A DNA stretch of 55,518 bases, taken from an uncultured Candidatus Berkelbacteria bacterium. Its GTDB lineage: Bacteria; Patescibacteriota; UBA1384; UBA12157; JAENIV01. Under the pieces are notes generated by a model, which was not told the origin of the DNA, ran no database searches, and saw only the letters and a list, made by a program, of their open reading frames with translations. A program made the translations under genes and the position numbers. Every line of letters begins with the position of its first letter. Position 1 is the stretch's first letter. Positions 29,661 through 38,717 of this stretch are shown one piece after another. The stretch spans positions 255,492 through 311,009 of the forward strand of contig OY969116.1 of assembly GCA_963698075.1 (NCBI GenBank). The letters run 5' to 3'.

Positions 29661-29741
29661 TTAGGGCTTGCCGCAAGGACAATCGGTCCCTGGACAAGTG
29701 CAACCTTTACAACCACCACATCCACCTTTATCTGGTCCCAT
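29661..29741 (-). CDS. 26-aa Cys-rich metallothionein-like peptide (not in ORF track)
   Basis: SD ggaggtaaat, then ATG. Product MGPDKGGCGGCKGCTCPGTDCPCGKP (7 Cys). Followed by the tccgcc agct ggcgga hairpin and lies beside the CopB ATPase. Confidence 0.5.
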   Translation of the reverse strand: MGPDKGGCGGCKGCTCPGTDCPCGKP

Positions 29742-29887
29742 ATTTACCTCCGCTCCTGAATTCTGCTCCTGCGAAAGCAGGAAAGAAGTTCAGGAAGTCC
29801 GCCGTAGGGCGCAATGCAATAACGCTATGTAATAGGTTTTGCAGTAAGCCTGTAGGCGGACGTTATTTCTATTTTTCAACCAAACAT

Positions 29888-29914
29888 ATTATACCACGCA
29901 CGCATTATACCACA
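29888..29914 (-). promoter_or_regulatory. 27-nt promoter/operator motif, copy 1 (two TGGTATAAT boxes)
   Basis: Minus strand tgtggtataatgcgtgcgtggtataat. It matches the motif at 32245..32271 at 24/27 positions. Confidence 0.6.
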
Positions 29915-29915
29915 A

Positions 29916-31892
29916 TTATTTAATTTTTAAAAGTCTGGCGTTTATGGCCACAATAATAGTGCTAAGCGACATTAACGCCGCCCCAATGGCTGGCGAAAGC
30001 AGAATCCCAAACCGATGGAGAACACCGGCGGCTAAAGGAATGGCGACGATATTGTAGCCAGCACCCCAGATCAAATTTTGGATCATTTTAGCATAGGTGC
30101 GCTTGGCCAATTGGATTATTTTTACCACATCTAAGGGGTTATTTTTGACTAAAACAATATCAGCTGCGGCTTGGGCGACATCAGTTCCGGCGCCGATAGC
30201 GATCCCAATATCGGCTTGAGCCAAAGCCGGAGCATCGTTGACGCCATCGCCGACCATCGCGACTTTGAGACCCTTGGCCTGCAATTCTTGGATTTTTTGC
30301 GATTTTTTATCAGGCAAAACTTCGCCAAAAAATTGATTAATTTTAAGTTTTTGGGCCACCTTTTTAGCCACCGCAAAGCTATCGCCGGTCAAAAGCACGG
30401 TTTTAATGCCCATTGCCTTAAGTCGTTTAATCGCCTCAAATGATTCGGATCTGATCCTGTCCTCCAAAACCAGCACCGCTACTGGTTTTTTATCAATAAT
30501 TAAATAAATAACCGTCCCGCTTTGGGCCTTCTTATCATAGCCAATCTTATTTTCAAGCAAATAATTTTCGCCGACGACTTGAATTTTTTGTTTTCCGATG
30601 ACTCCCTCCACCCCGCGACCAGGCAGGGCGCGAAAATTTTCAACTTCAAAACGCGCCTTGGTTGAGGCGGCAATTACTTTTGCCATCGGGTGCTCGGACC
30701 TCGCCTCCAAAGAAGCCGCGTATTTTAGAATTTGCGTTTGGTTAAATTTTGAATCCAGCACTCTAATCTCCGCAATCGTAAACCGACCCAGCGTCAAGGT
30801 ACCAGTTTTATCAAAAACGACAGTATCAATTGCCCTTGAAGACTCAAAGGCGCTGCGATTTTTAATGATAAAACCGTTTTTGGCCGCCAAGGTGATGGAG
30901 ATGGCCACAACCAAAGGAATCGCCAATCCTAAAGCGTGCGGACAGGCGATTACCACGACCGTAATTGCTCTTTCAAGAATAAAGGGGGTTGTTTGGTGAG
31001 TCGCCAAAAACCAAGCTAAAAAAGTTAAGACGCCGCATAGCGTGGCAATTATTACCAGATACATCGCCGCTTTATCGGCTAAATTTTGAGTTTTTGATTT
31101 GCTGCTTTGGGCTTGTCTTACCAATTTAATTACCTCGGCCAAATACGAACCCTCGCCTATTTTTCTCACTTCGGCCGTAACCGACCCTTCAGCATTAATC
31201 GAACCGGCGATAAGTTCGTCTCCGATTTTTTTGACGATAGGTTTTGATTCACCGGTCAGCATCGCTTCGTCAACCGTTGTTTCTCCTTTGAGAATGAGGC
31301 TATCAGCCGGAATTTTTTCGCCGGGCTTAATTAAAATTTTATCGCCGATTTTTAAGTCCCTTAAAGCAATATCGCTCGATCGTCCATTATCCAATCGATG
31401 AGCCAATGCCGGCAATAATTTGGCTAATTCCTCAAGGGCACCGCCGGCACTGGTCACCGACCGCATTTCCAACCAGTGCCCCAAAAGCATCACGTCAATT
31501 AAAGTGGCAAGCTCCCAATAAAAAACCATTCCGGAAAGCCCAAAAGTAATCGCCGCGCTATAAAGATAAGCCACGGTAATTGCTTCAGCCACCAGCATCA
31601 TCATGCCCGGTTTTTTGGCTTTAAGTTCAGCAATAAAACCCTTTGAAAATGGCCAGCCGCCGTAGAAAAATATTATTGAGGCCAAAATAAATAAGAGATA
31701 TTTATCGCCTAAAAAAGAGAGTTTGAAATGGAAAAAAACTTGAATTGTTTCGGAAAGAACCAGGACCGGGATTGTTAAAATCAGCGAGACCCAGAATCTT
31801 TTTTTAAAATCCGCCACCGAATGTCCGGCGTGACGATCGTGGGCGACATTTTGCTCGTGATGATGATGCTCTGAGTGATCCATTGAAGCCAA
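29916..31892 (-). CDS. copB: heavy-metal (copper) translocating P1B-type ATPase, CopB-like
   Basis: His-rich N-terminus (HSEHHHHEQNVAHDRHAGHS), CPH motif (ACPHALGLA), DKTGTLT, GDGVNDAPAL. The track start is a TTG; the ATG 9 nt downstream is an alternative. Confidence 0.9.
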   Translation of the reverse strand: MASMDHSEHHHHEQNVAHDRHAGHSVADFKKRFWVSLILTIPVLVLSETIQVFFHFKLSFLGDKYLLFILASIIFFYGGWPFSKGFIAELKAKKPGMMMLVAEAITVAYLYSAAITFGLSGMVFYWELATLIDVMLLGHWLEMRSVTSAGGALEELAKLLPALAHRLDNGRSSDIALRDLKIGDKILIKPGEKIPADSLILKGETTVDEAMLTGESKPIVKKIGDELIAGSINAEGSVTAEVRKIGEGSYLAEVIKLVRQAQSSKSKTQNLADKAAMYLVIIATLCGVLTFLAWFLATHQTTPFILERAITVVVIACPHALGLAIPLVVAISITLAAKNGFIIKNRSAFESSRAIDTVVFDKTGTLTLGRFTIAEIRVLDSKFNQTQILKYAASLEARSEHPMAKVIAASTKARFEVENFRALPGRGVEGVIGKQKIQVVGENYLLENKIGYDKKAQSGTVIYLIIDKKPVAVLVLEDRIRSESFEAIKRLKAMGIKTVLLTGDSFAVAKKVAQKLKINQFFGEVLPDKKSQKIQELQAKGLKVAMVGDGVNDAPALAQADIGIAIGAGTDVAQAAADIVLVKNNPLDVVKIIQLAKRTYAKMIQNLIWGAGYNIVAIPLAAGVLHRFGILLSPAIGAALMSLSTIIVAINARLLKIK

Positions 31893-31896
31893 TATT

Positions 31897-32229
31897 TTAG
31901 AACTTTATTTCTATTTCATTTTGCCACAACCCGTGGAGATTACAGAATTCGTAAGCGATAATTTTATCCGGCTTTTGAGCGAAAATTTCAAATTCCGCCT
32001 CTGGCTTGTCGCCAGGTTTTAAGAACTTTTTTCCAATCGGCCGACTGCCGTAGAATAGCTCAATGTAGACAATCTGATGTTCCGATGTCATTGGATGTTC
32101 GACTTTCCCAACTTTCACTTTAACCGAAAATTTAATGCCGACCCTGGGTTTATACGGCTCAATTTGCGGCCAGTGTTTTTGCTCGAGCTCACTTAGATTT
32201 TTGGGGTCTTTCGGTTTTTGCGCTTCCAT
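31897..32229 (-). CDS. superoxide reductase (desulfoferrodoxin/neelaredoxin family)
   Basis: 110 aa. [29 protein letters not shown] (Fe-ligand His/Cys pattern). Confidence 0.85.
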   Translation of the reverse strand: MEAQKPKDPKNLSELEQKHWPQIEPYKPRVGIKFSVKVKVGKVEHPMTSEHQIVYIELFYGSRPIGKKFLKPGDKPEAEFEIFAQKPDKIIAYEFCNLHGLWQNEIEIKF

Positions 32230-32244
32230 TCTGCCTCGATCTTT

Positions 32245-32271
32245 ATTTTACCACGTACGCATGATACCACA
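32245..32271 (-). promoter_or_regulatory. 27-nt promoter/operator motif, copy 2
   Basis: Minus strand tgtggtatcatgcgtacgtggtaaaat, located 15 nt upstream of the SOR start codon. Confidence 0.6.
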
Positions 32272-32272
32272 A

Positions 32273-32294
32273 AGCCCCGCCGTAAGGCGGGGCT
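32273..32294 (-). terminator. terminator of gpsA
   Basis: agccccgcc gtaa ggcggggct. Confidence 0.7.
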
Positions 32295-32309
32295 AAGAAA
32301 GGATCGAAG

Positions 32310-33293
32310 TTAACCTTCATACTTGATTGGTCTGGCCATGATTTGCTTCATGGCCTCCATTGGGGTGGACTGACCAGAAATAATCTGCCAGATAGCATAC
32401 GAAATCGGCATCGTCTCCGCAAAGTCAGAGCAAACCTGGGCCAAGGTAAGGGTTGTATGTATTCCCTCGACTGTTCCAATGATGCTCAAGCGTGCCTCCT
32501 GGACGGTTTTGGTCGCTAAGGCCTGACCGAACTTGAGGTTGCGCGAGTAAGGACTAAAGCAAGTCGCCCCGAGATCAGTCATGATCGTCGTCCCAGGCCC
32601 GAAAGTCTCAGGATGGCCAAGATGGCGCGAGGCAAAATCGCGAATTTCTTTGAGCCCCCGACTGGCGATCGCCATCCGAGTAGTCTCATCAAACCCAAGA
32701 CCAGCGGCTATCCCTGAGGCGATGGCAATCGTGTTCTTGAGGGCGCTGCCGATTTGACCGCCGTTAACATCACGAGAGTGATACGGCCTGATAAGCGTCT
32801 GTTGAAAGAGACCAACAACGCGTTTAGCTGACGATTCGTCGCTTGAGTAGGCCGTCCCGATCGTTGGTGAACCCCTAAGTAAACCTTGAGGAAAAGCGGC
32901 ACAGGCAAAATGAACAAACTTATATCTTTCGGAGTCAACGATGTGACTTGGCAAAATCAAACCCTGCTCATGACAATCGATCATCTTGGCAACATTAACG
33001 ACAATCGTCTTCGGAGAAATCGACTGTCGCCAGCTTTCCCAAGCAGCCGCCAGAGCCTCTCCCGGGAGCGCCAAGATCACCAATTCCAGGTCATCACCAT
33101 CACCAGAGCAAGTAATCGCCACCTGCTCAGGGATAGGGAATCCTGGCAGATTTTGACTTTCTCGCTCGTTGATGAGCTGTTCAACCTCTGATGTCAGACA
33201 GAATAAGGTCACCTGGTGGTTAACTTGGGATAGCAAAATCGCCAGCGCGGTCCCCCAGCGACCGGCTCCGATAATGCCGACTTTAGCTCTCAT
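32310..33293 (-). CDS. gpsA: NAD(P)H-dependent glycerol-3-phosphate dehydrogenase
   Basis: IGAGRWGTALA Rossmann N-terminus and ALKNTIAIASGIAAGLG. The start overlaps the upstream stop (ATGA). Confidence 0.9.
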   Translation of the reverse strand: MRAKVGIIGAGRWGTALAILLSQVNHQVTLFCLTSEVEQLINERESQNLPGFPIPEQVAITCSGDGDDLELVILALPGEALAAAWESWRQSISPKTIVVNVAKMIDCHEQGLILPSHIVDSERYKFVHFACAAFPQGLLRGSPTIGTAYSSDESSAKRVVGLFQQTLIRPYHSRDVNGGQIGSALKNTIAIASGIAAGLGFDETTRMAIASRGLKEIRDFASRHLGHPETFGPGTTIMTDLGATCFSPYSRNLKFGQALATKTVQEARLSIIGTVEGIHTTLTLAQVCSDFAETMPISYAIWQIISGQSTPMEAMKQIMARPIKYEG

Positions 33294-35056
33294 GACCTTA
33301 CCCTCCCTAGCCAGATGCCGCGCTCATCAAGATCTGAGGCATGGACAATCATGCCATACTTCTCGCCCTCCTCAATGAACCAGTCGATCAGATTATGATC
33401 AATACTGGCCAGACTCGCATTTTCGTAACGTCCAGTGCTTGCCAAGATTAGACACTCAGCCAAACACGCCGGAACAAGCGGATGTCTGACGCCATCGACT
33501 TCGACAAAACCGAAGTGGAAGTCAACATCGCTCTTGGCATGTCCTGGCAGCTGAATCAGTCCGCAACGAATGAACGTGACGTCAGGCCGAAGAGGCTGAA
33601 CTTCTTCGATTAGCACGTCCACCGGCACGGCAATATCCAATACGATCGCGCCGGGCTTAAGAACGTGGGCGTTCTTGGCGGTCATTAGCGGCTTTTCTGA
33701 ACTCGTGCCGAAGATGACAACATCGGCTTCTGCCAACTCGGCAAGTTCCTCAGTGGAAAGAACCGTCTCGATGTCGTCTGCTTGAACCACTTTCGATTTA
33801 GTCCGAGCAAACTGCAGGAGACGACCGACGAGATGACGACGGGCTCGGAAGTAGAAGATTAGCGCTTTGCAGATAACGCCAGAGGCGCCGACGAAAGCGA
33901 CAGTCAAGCCCGTCAAATCTGGCCTGAATTTGCGCAGCGCCTCGAGCGTGGCCGCCGCCGTATAGGCACCGCCATTACTGATGGTGATGGCAAGTTTTCT
34001 TTCCTTACGCGCCCATTCTTGAAGCGTGGCCCCACCTCCGGCAGATGAGGAAAGACGCGCCCCTAGACCTTCAATAGTGGCTCCTAAGCGCTGAGCCATC
34101 ACTGCGCCTCGCTTGAGAAAGCCATCGAGAATCCTGGCGAGCAGTCTTTCTTCTTCGGTTGCAGTTTCTTCCCTACCTCGCTTTGCCGCCGCAAGTTGAT
34201 CAGGAAGCATTGGGACTGCCAACAGCGCTACCGTCGCAGGCCGACCAGAGGCCTCAACCACACCCGTAATCTCGCCGGCGTTCATGATCGGCGCGTGCGC
34301 AACGATCCAGCGCATCGAACGTTCCGAAAGCCAGCCGCGCTTTAGCGCCTTAGTGATCCAACGCGAGATACGGTTTTGAGCGTAGTCATCGCTTGAAAGC
34401 GGGTGGACCTTAAACGCCACGCGCACGCCGTGTTTTTCACCGTGAACGGCAAATGTTTGGCCGAACTTATGTTCCGAGCCAGAAATGAGATTGCCGATAT
34501 TTCGGCGATGGGTCCAGAGGATGAAGAGGGCCAGTAACTCCGTCGTCCAGATCCAAAATGGCCCCTTGTGAAACGCCCATGCCATCACGAACGCTGTGAT
34601 CGCTCCAAGCATGGAGCCAAGTGAAAGGTATCTGGTTGTTCCTAAAACCAGAAGAAAGACAGCCGCTGCTATACCTGCAATCAGCGGTTGCAGGGCCATC
34701 ATTCCGCCGAAAGCAGTCGCCACAGACTTGCCTCCGCTGAAGCGACCTTCGCGGATGTACATCACGAAGGAATAGGCGTGACCCAAGACGGCCGATGCCA
34801 TCGCAGCCAGACCCCATTCCAAGCCGCCGAGTTTATAGGCCAGTAAGGCCGGTAGATAACCCTTAAGGAAGTCGGCCAGAAACACTGGTAAGCCAACTTT
34901 CCATCCGAGAATCCGAAGCACGTTTGTCGCCCCAATGTTACCACTACCATGATCTCTAATGTCAAAGTCCTTCCCCTTGACTTTCTTCGCGATCCAAAGA
35001 CCCATTGGCAACGAACCCAGCACGTACGCTAATAAAACTAGCAGAACACCAATCAC
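33290..35056 (-). CDS. plsY: fusion protein: PlsY glycerol-3-phosphate acyltransferase (N) + acyl-ACP reductase-like / COG5322 Rossmann domain (C)
   Basis: aa 1-~197 match PlsY (GSLPMGLWIAK, HGSGNIGATNVLR, FLKGYLP). aa ~205-588 resemble cyanobacterial acyl-ACP reductase (VAFKVHPLS, SNGGAYTAAAT, VAFVGASGVICKAL, VPACLAECLIL). GTG start follows SD gaggagg. Confidence 0.8.
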   Translation of the reverse strand: MIGVLLVLLAYVLGSLPMGLWIAKKVKGKDFDIRDHGSGNIGATNVLRILGWKVGLPVFLADFLKGYLPALLAYKLGGLEWGLAAMASAVLGHAYSFVMYIREGRFSGGKSVATAFGGMMALQPLIAGIAAAVFLLVLGTTRYLSLGSMLGAITAFVMAWAFHKGPFWIWTTELLALFILWTHRRNIGNLISGSEHKFGQTFAVHGEKHGVRVAFKVHPLSSDDYAQNRISRWITKALKRGWLSERSMRWIVAHAPIMNAGEITGVVEASGRPATVALLAVPMLPDQLAAAKRGREETATEEERLLARILDGFLKRGAVMAQRLGATIEGLGARLSSSAGGGATLQEWARKERKLAITISNGGAYTAAATLEALRKFRPDLTGLTVAFVGASGVICKALIFYFRARRHLVGRLLQFARTKSKVVQADDIETVLSTEELAELAEADVVIFGTSSEKPLMTAKNAHVLKPGAIVLDIAVPVDVLIEEVQPLRPDVTFIRCGLIQLPGHAKSDVDFHFGFVEVDGVRHPLVPACLAECLILASTGRYENASLASIDHNLIDWFIEEGEKYGMIVHASDLDERGIWLGRVRS

Positions 35057-35132
35057 TGTCGTTCCTCCTCGAGAGAATCGCTAGCTCAATCTTAAGAGTT
35101 CAAAAATAAATAGTCAAATTCAAATATTTATT

Positions 35133-35369
35133 TTATTCTGATTTTTTTGAAAAAATAAAAATGTAAAGAATTTCCAAAATGCCAACCGTATTTACTATTA
35201 ATAGTACTATAAACCAGGCTTTCGCACTGTTACGCGCCGCTTTCCAAAGCGCTATCCCCTTCCAGGTCAAAGACCAGAGAATCAAAATTGTTAGCAAAAC
35301 ATTTAATAAAACCAAGTTTGTTGCCAAATTCGCTGGCCCAAATAATTGGAGCCATTCTTGTTGACTCAT
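35133..35369 (-). CDS. DUF5652 family small membrane protein
   Basis: Start moved to the ATG at 35369 after SD taggaggtaa. WKGIALWKAARNSAKAWFIVLLIVNTVGILEILYIF. Confidence 0.7.
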   Translation of the reverse strand: MSQQEWLQLFGPANLATNLVLLNVLLTILILWSLTWKGIALWKAARNSAKAWFIVLLIVNTVGILEILYIFIFSKKSE

Positions 35370-35477
35370 TTTACCTCCTAAATTTAGTATAGCATTTTTT
35401 TTGAAAAAATTTGCTAAAAAATGATATATTAAAGCTAAGGGGTTGAACACGAACACATGGGTGTCAGGGGGTGACCA

Positions 35478-36044
35478 ATGGACGTAGCGGTATCACATCA
35501 GATCTGGAACTATATTGGCATGCTTGGGGTCGATAGGGAAACCGCTCGCGATCTCTATCAAGAGGCGGAGACCGCGATTTGGGAGGCATCGGCTTACCGA
35601 GCGACTCACGAGTGCCATTCGTATCTTGTCAAAACCGGCGTTGGCGCCATGCGACATTGGCTCCGGGACCGCTACTCGATCATCCGGGTTCCCGGCTATC
35701 TCCATGACCGGGGACAAGCAGCCGAGCACATGAAAGTGATTCTGCCGCTTGAGGAGGCCACCGAAACTGTCGGCCATCACTTCGAGGACGACCTGCTCGA
35801 ACAAATCACGATCCATTCCAAGCGGGCCGAGATCCTCGCCCTGCTCCCTCGGCTTACTCGCGCCGAGCGCCAGGTGATGGAATCCTTATTAGCGGGTCAA
35901 AGTATCCGCGATATCGCCCGTCGTCGTCGAGTCCGAGTCGGTTGCGTTTATGCTCAGCGAAGCAAAGCGATCACCAAACTCCGAAAGCTCGTGAAGAAAC
36001 AGGCCAAAACAACTCCATCTGAAGTTGTGACCGTGGCCGCTTAA
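35478..36044 (+). CDS. RNA polymerase sigma factor (sigma-70 family)
   Basis: Region 2-like (RHWLRDRYSIIRVPGY) and region 4 HTH (LTRAERQVMESLLAGQSIRDIARRRRV..VYAQRSKAITKLR). Confidence 0.75.
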   Translation: MDVAVSHQIWNYIGMLGVDRETARDLYQEAETAIWEASAYRATHECHSYLVKTGVGAMRHWLRDRYSIIRVPGYLHDRGQAAEHMKVILPLEEATETVGHHFEDDLLEQITIHSKRAEILALLPRLTRAERQVMESLLAGQSIRDIARRRRVRVGCVYAQRSKAITKLRKLVKKQAKTTPSEVVTVAA

Positions 36045-36061
36045 GACCGATCGTTCTTACG

Positions 36062-36088
36062 TCTCCACCACCCCGGTGGAGATTTTGC
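36062..36088 (+). terminator. rho-independent terminator
   Basis: tctccacc / ggtggaga stem followed by ttttgc. Confidence 0.7.
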
Positions 36089-36100
36089 TTATATCTATAT

Positions 36101-36136
36101 AAAGAAAAGGGGCGGCTGGCGCCGCCCCCAAAAAAT
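36101..36136. terminator. bidirectional terminator (serves purH)
   Basis: ggggcggc tggc gccgcccc flanked by aaagaaaa and aaaaaa. Confidence 0.65.
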
Positions 36137-36149
36137 GAGGACTGTTCGT

Positions 36150-37757
36150 TTAGTGACCGAAGAAACCGCGAGCTTCGGCGTCGGGATAGAGAACCAAGAT
36201 AATGCCGTTATCGCGGCAGAACTTCTTGACTTCGGCGTCTTTGACCGAGCCGCTTGAGGCAAGAATCGCCTTGATGCCAGCCTTCGCCAGGGTTTCCGGA
36301 CCGTCCGGGAAGGGGAAGAAGCTGTCGGAGTAGGCAACCGCTCCAGTAGTATCGTGACCGGCATCCCGAGCGCGGGCAATAGCCAGCTTGCAGCAACTGA
36401 CCCGATCTTGCTGACCAACACCATTGCCAATCAGCATCCCATCCTTGACCAAAGTCACGGTATTACTGTTGGAGGTTGAACCGATTCCCCAAGCAAGCAG
36501 GAGTTGTTGTATCGTTACGAGCAGAATAGCAGATTCACACACAACCTTATTCATATTAGGAACAAAAGTGTAGTTGGGCTGGGCAAGAAATCCGCCTCTG
36601 ACTTGGCGCAGTCTCCTGGTTGGATCGAGCCCGTACTGCTCTACGCGATACAATGCTTCAAATTGTCCAGGAACAAGCAATCGGCACTTATCGCCTTTTC
36701 GTTTGAGCATTGCCACTGCTTCATCGGTGAAAGCGGGAGCAACAATACCATCGAGAATTCGTCGTCCTTCAGACTCATAGGTTAAAAGAAGTTCTGCTAG
36801 AGCCTCATCGATCCCGAAGTTAACCATCACAAACCCGCCAAAGATTGCGCGCTTGTCACCGATGACCATCTTCTGGATAACCTCTGGCGGAGAACCGGAT
36901 ATTGCCGCACCGCAAGGATTACCGTGCTTGACCGCAATTCCAATAAACGGCACTCGGGGACAGTTACGATCGAAGGCTACAGCTATATGAGACATGGTTT
37001 GCAGCATCCGATCAATATCACAGTAATTGTTGTAGCTCGGCGGAGTGCCGGCAACAAGCTGGAACTTATCAACCGCCAGCGGATCATCAGAATCGGTGGT
37101 ATAGAGCGCCGCCGGCGTCTGCCAAGCATTCTCGCCGTACTTGCACTCGGCAACGCGACGACCGAGCATGCCATCATAAAGACCTTTACCGTGATAGCGG
37201 GCTGACGTGAAACAATAATCAGCGACTGTGTATTCGGCCTTTACCGCCAGCCAGAGACGATAGTCATCCGTCATCGTATCACTCTTGAGTCTCTGGATGA
37301 CCTCGTCGCAATCATCGAAGTCACAAACTACGATCCGATCACTCATGAACGAGGCCTTGAAACCGGCTCGGAGCATGGTCGGGCCACCAATATCGGTCGC
37401 TTCGATAACCGAGGCTGTCGTAGCATCCGGCTTGGCGATCGCTTCTTCGAGATGGTACATATCGCAGCGGATCAAACCGATTTTGTGAATACCCATCGCT
37501 TCTATCTCATCAATATCTGAGGATAGTATGGCTGTGTAAGTCTGGCGAGCAAGAGAAACAACCAAGTGTCCCTTGGTCGCATCACCACCAACCCACTCAG
37601 CGATGTCAGTGACCGGTACTCCTGCTTCAGCTATCTTATTGGCTGTGTTGCCAGTGGAAATGATCTTCCAGCCCAAACCAACCAACTCGCGGGCGAAGTC
37701 TTCGATGCCGCGTTTATCCGTAACAGAAAGTAGCGCGTACGATGGTTCCATCTCCAC
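36150..37757 (-). CDS. purH: bifunctional AICAR transformylase / IMP cyclohydrolase
   Basis: 535 aa. MGS-like N-domain (ALLSVTDKRGIEDFA) and C-terminus AYSDSFFPFPDG...GFFGH. The start could be the GTG at 37757 or the ATG at 37751. Confidence 0.92.
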   Translation of the reverse strand: MEMEPSYALLSVTDKRGIEDFARELVGLGWKIISTGNTANKIAEAGVPVTDIAEWVGGDATKGHLVVSLARQTYTAILSSDIDEIEAMGIHKIGLIRCDMYHLEEAIAKPDATTASVIEATDIGGPTMLRAGFKASFMSDRIVVCDFDDCDEVIQRLKSDTMTDDYRLWLAVKAEYTVADYCFTSARYHGKGLYDGMLGRRVAECKYGENAWQTPAALYTTDSDDPLAVDKFQLVAGTPPSYNNYCDIDRMLQTMSHIAVAFDRNCPRVPFIGIAVKHGNPCGAAISGSPPEVIQKMVIGDKRAIFGGFVMVNFGIDEALAELLLTYESEGRRILDGIVAPAFTDEAVAMLKRKGDKCRLLVPGQFEALYRVEQYGLDPTRRLRQVRGGFLAQPNYTFVPNMNKVVCESAILLVTIQQLLLAWGIGSTSNSNTVTLVKDGMLIGNGVGQQDRVSCCKLAIARARDAGHDTTGAVAYSDSFFPFPDGPETLAKAGIKAILASSGSVKDAEVKKFCRDNGIILVLYPDAEARGFFGH

Positions 37758-37936
37758 CCTTTCGGACCGAGGTTTTCAAGGGTCACTGACCCGCCACTAA
37801 CATACTATATAGATAGCTCGTAATGCAAATCGAGTCTCCCTAAATCCTAGTCACTATCTATCATAGCGAACAAAAAGCGAACGCGTCAAGCCCGCGTTTG
37901 ACATCTTCAAACAATAGTATAATAATAGTATCACTC

Positions 37937-37965
37937 TTGACTTTTTCGATAATTTATGCTACAAT
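37937..37965 (+). promoter_or_regulatory. sigma70-type promoter
   Basis: TTGACT, 17 nt, TACAAT. Confidence 0.55.
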
Positions 37966-37993
37966 AACAAGTTATAAAATTAGAGGAGTCAAA

Positions 37994-38716
37994 ATGCAAA
38001 AATTCATTATTGGTTTACTTCTTCTTACCTTAATTTCTTGGGGATTTTTAGCTGATGCCAAAACCGCCCAAGCTAAAGGTAATCTCAAAGAAAAGATTTT
38101 TGTCCACTATCCCAAAGAGCCTGGCAAACCCACCCCCAGGACTTGTAATGTAACTACTAACGACCAAGTTCCCGATTACCTTTTAGTTGGCTGGCATATG
38201 CCGACTGAAGGTATGAGTTATAAAATCAATTTGTCCTCAAAATCAAAGGGTTTAAATAATAATCAGATAACCACTGCAGTGGCCAATGCCTTTAATACCT
38301 GGGCTGCGGTTGACGGCAAGCAAATTTTCCGCTATGGCGGAACAACCTCGGTTAAAAACCCTAAATACGACGGTACTAATGCCATTCTTTGGAAACCGCT
38401 AAACTCACAAGCCATTGCCATCACTTATGTTTGGTACTGGCCTGATACCGGTCTTTTAGCCGAAGCCGACACTGTCTATAACAGTAATTACAAATGGAGT
38501 TATACACCCTATCGAACCAGTGAATGCGGGGTTCAAGGAACTTATGACGTTCAAGATATCGGTACCCATGAATTTGGTCACTGGGTTGGTTTAGACGATC
38601 TTTACAACAGCATCGACCAAGACCTTACTATGTATGGTTATGGTAGTACTGCCGAGCTTAAAAAAGACACTTTAGGTTTAGGTGATATTTTAGGCGTTAA
38701 TTCAGTCGCGCCTTAA
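37994..38716 (+). CDS. secreted zinc metalloprotease (matrixin/metzincin-like)
   Basis: Start at the ATG at 37994 after SD agaggag. Signal peptide MQKFIIGLLLLTLISWGFLADA. Zinc motif HEFGHWVGLDD. Confidence 0.8.
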   Translation: MQKFIIGLLLLTLISWGFLADAKTAQAKGNLKEKIFVHYPKEPGKPTPRTCNVTTNDQVPDYLLVGWHMPTEGMSYKINLSSKSKGLNNNQITTAVANAFNTWAAVDGKQIFRYGGTTSVKNPKYDGTNAILWKPLNSQAIAITYVWYWPDTGLLAEADTVYNSNYKWSYTPYRTSECGVQGTYDVQDIGTHEFGHWVGLDDLYNSIDQDLTMYGYGSTAELKKDTLGLGDILGVNSVAP

Positions 38717-38717
38717 A

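Noticed and set aside
37758-37900. Possible ZTP or purine riboswitch in the ~100-nt purH leader, and in leaders of the purM-like, purB and thyA/purN units.
   Set aside because: Hairpins exist (for example gggtca g tgaccc), but I could not find the conserved ZTP (..ccgcctgggc..) or purine-riboswitch cores. A covariance-model scan is needed to be sure.
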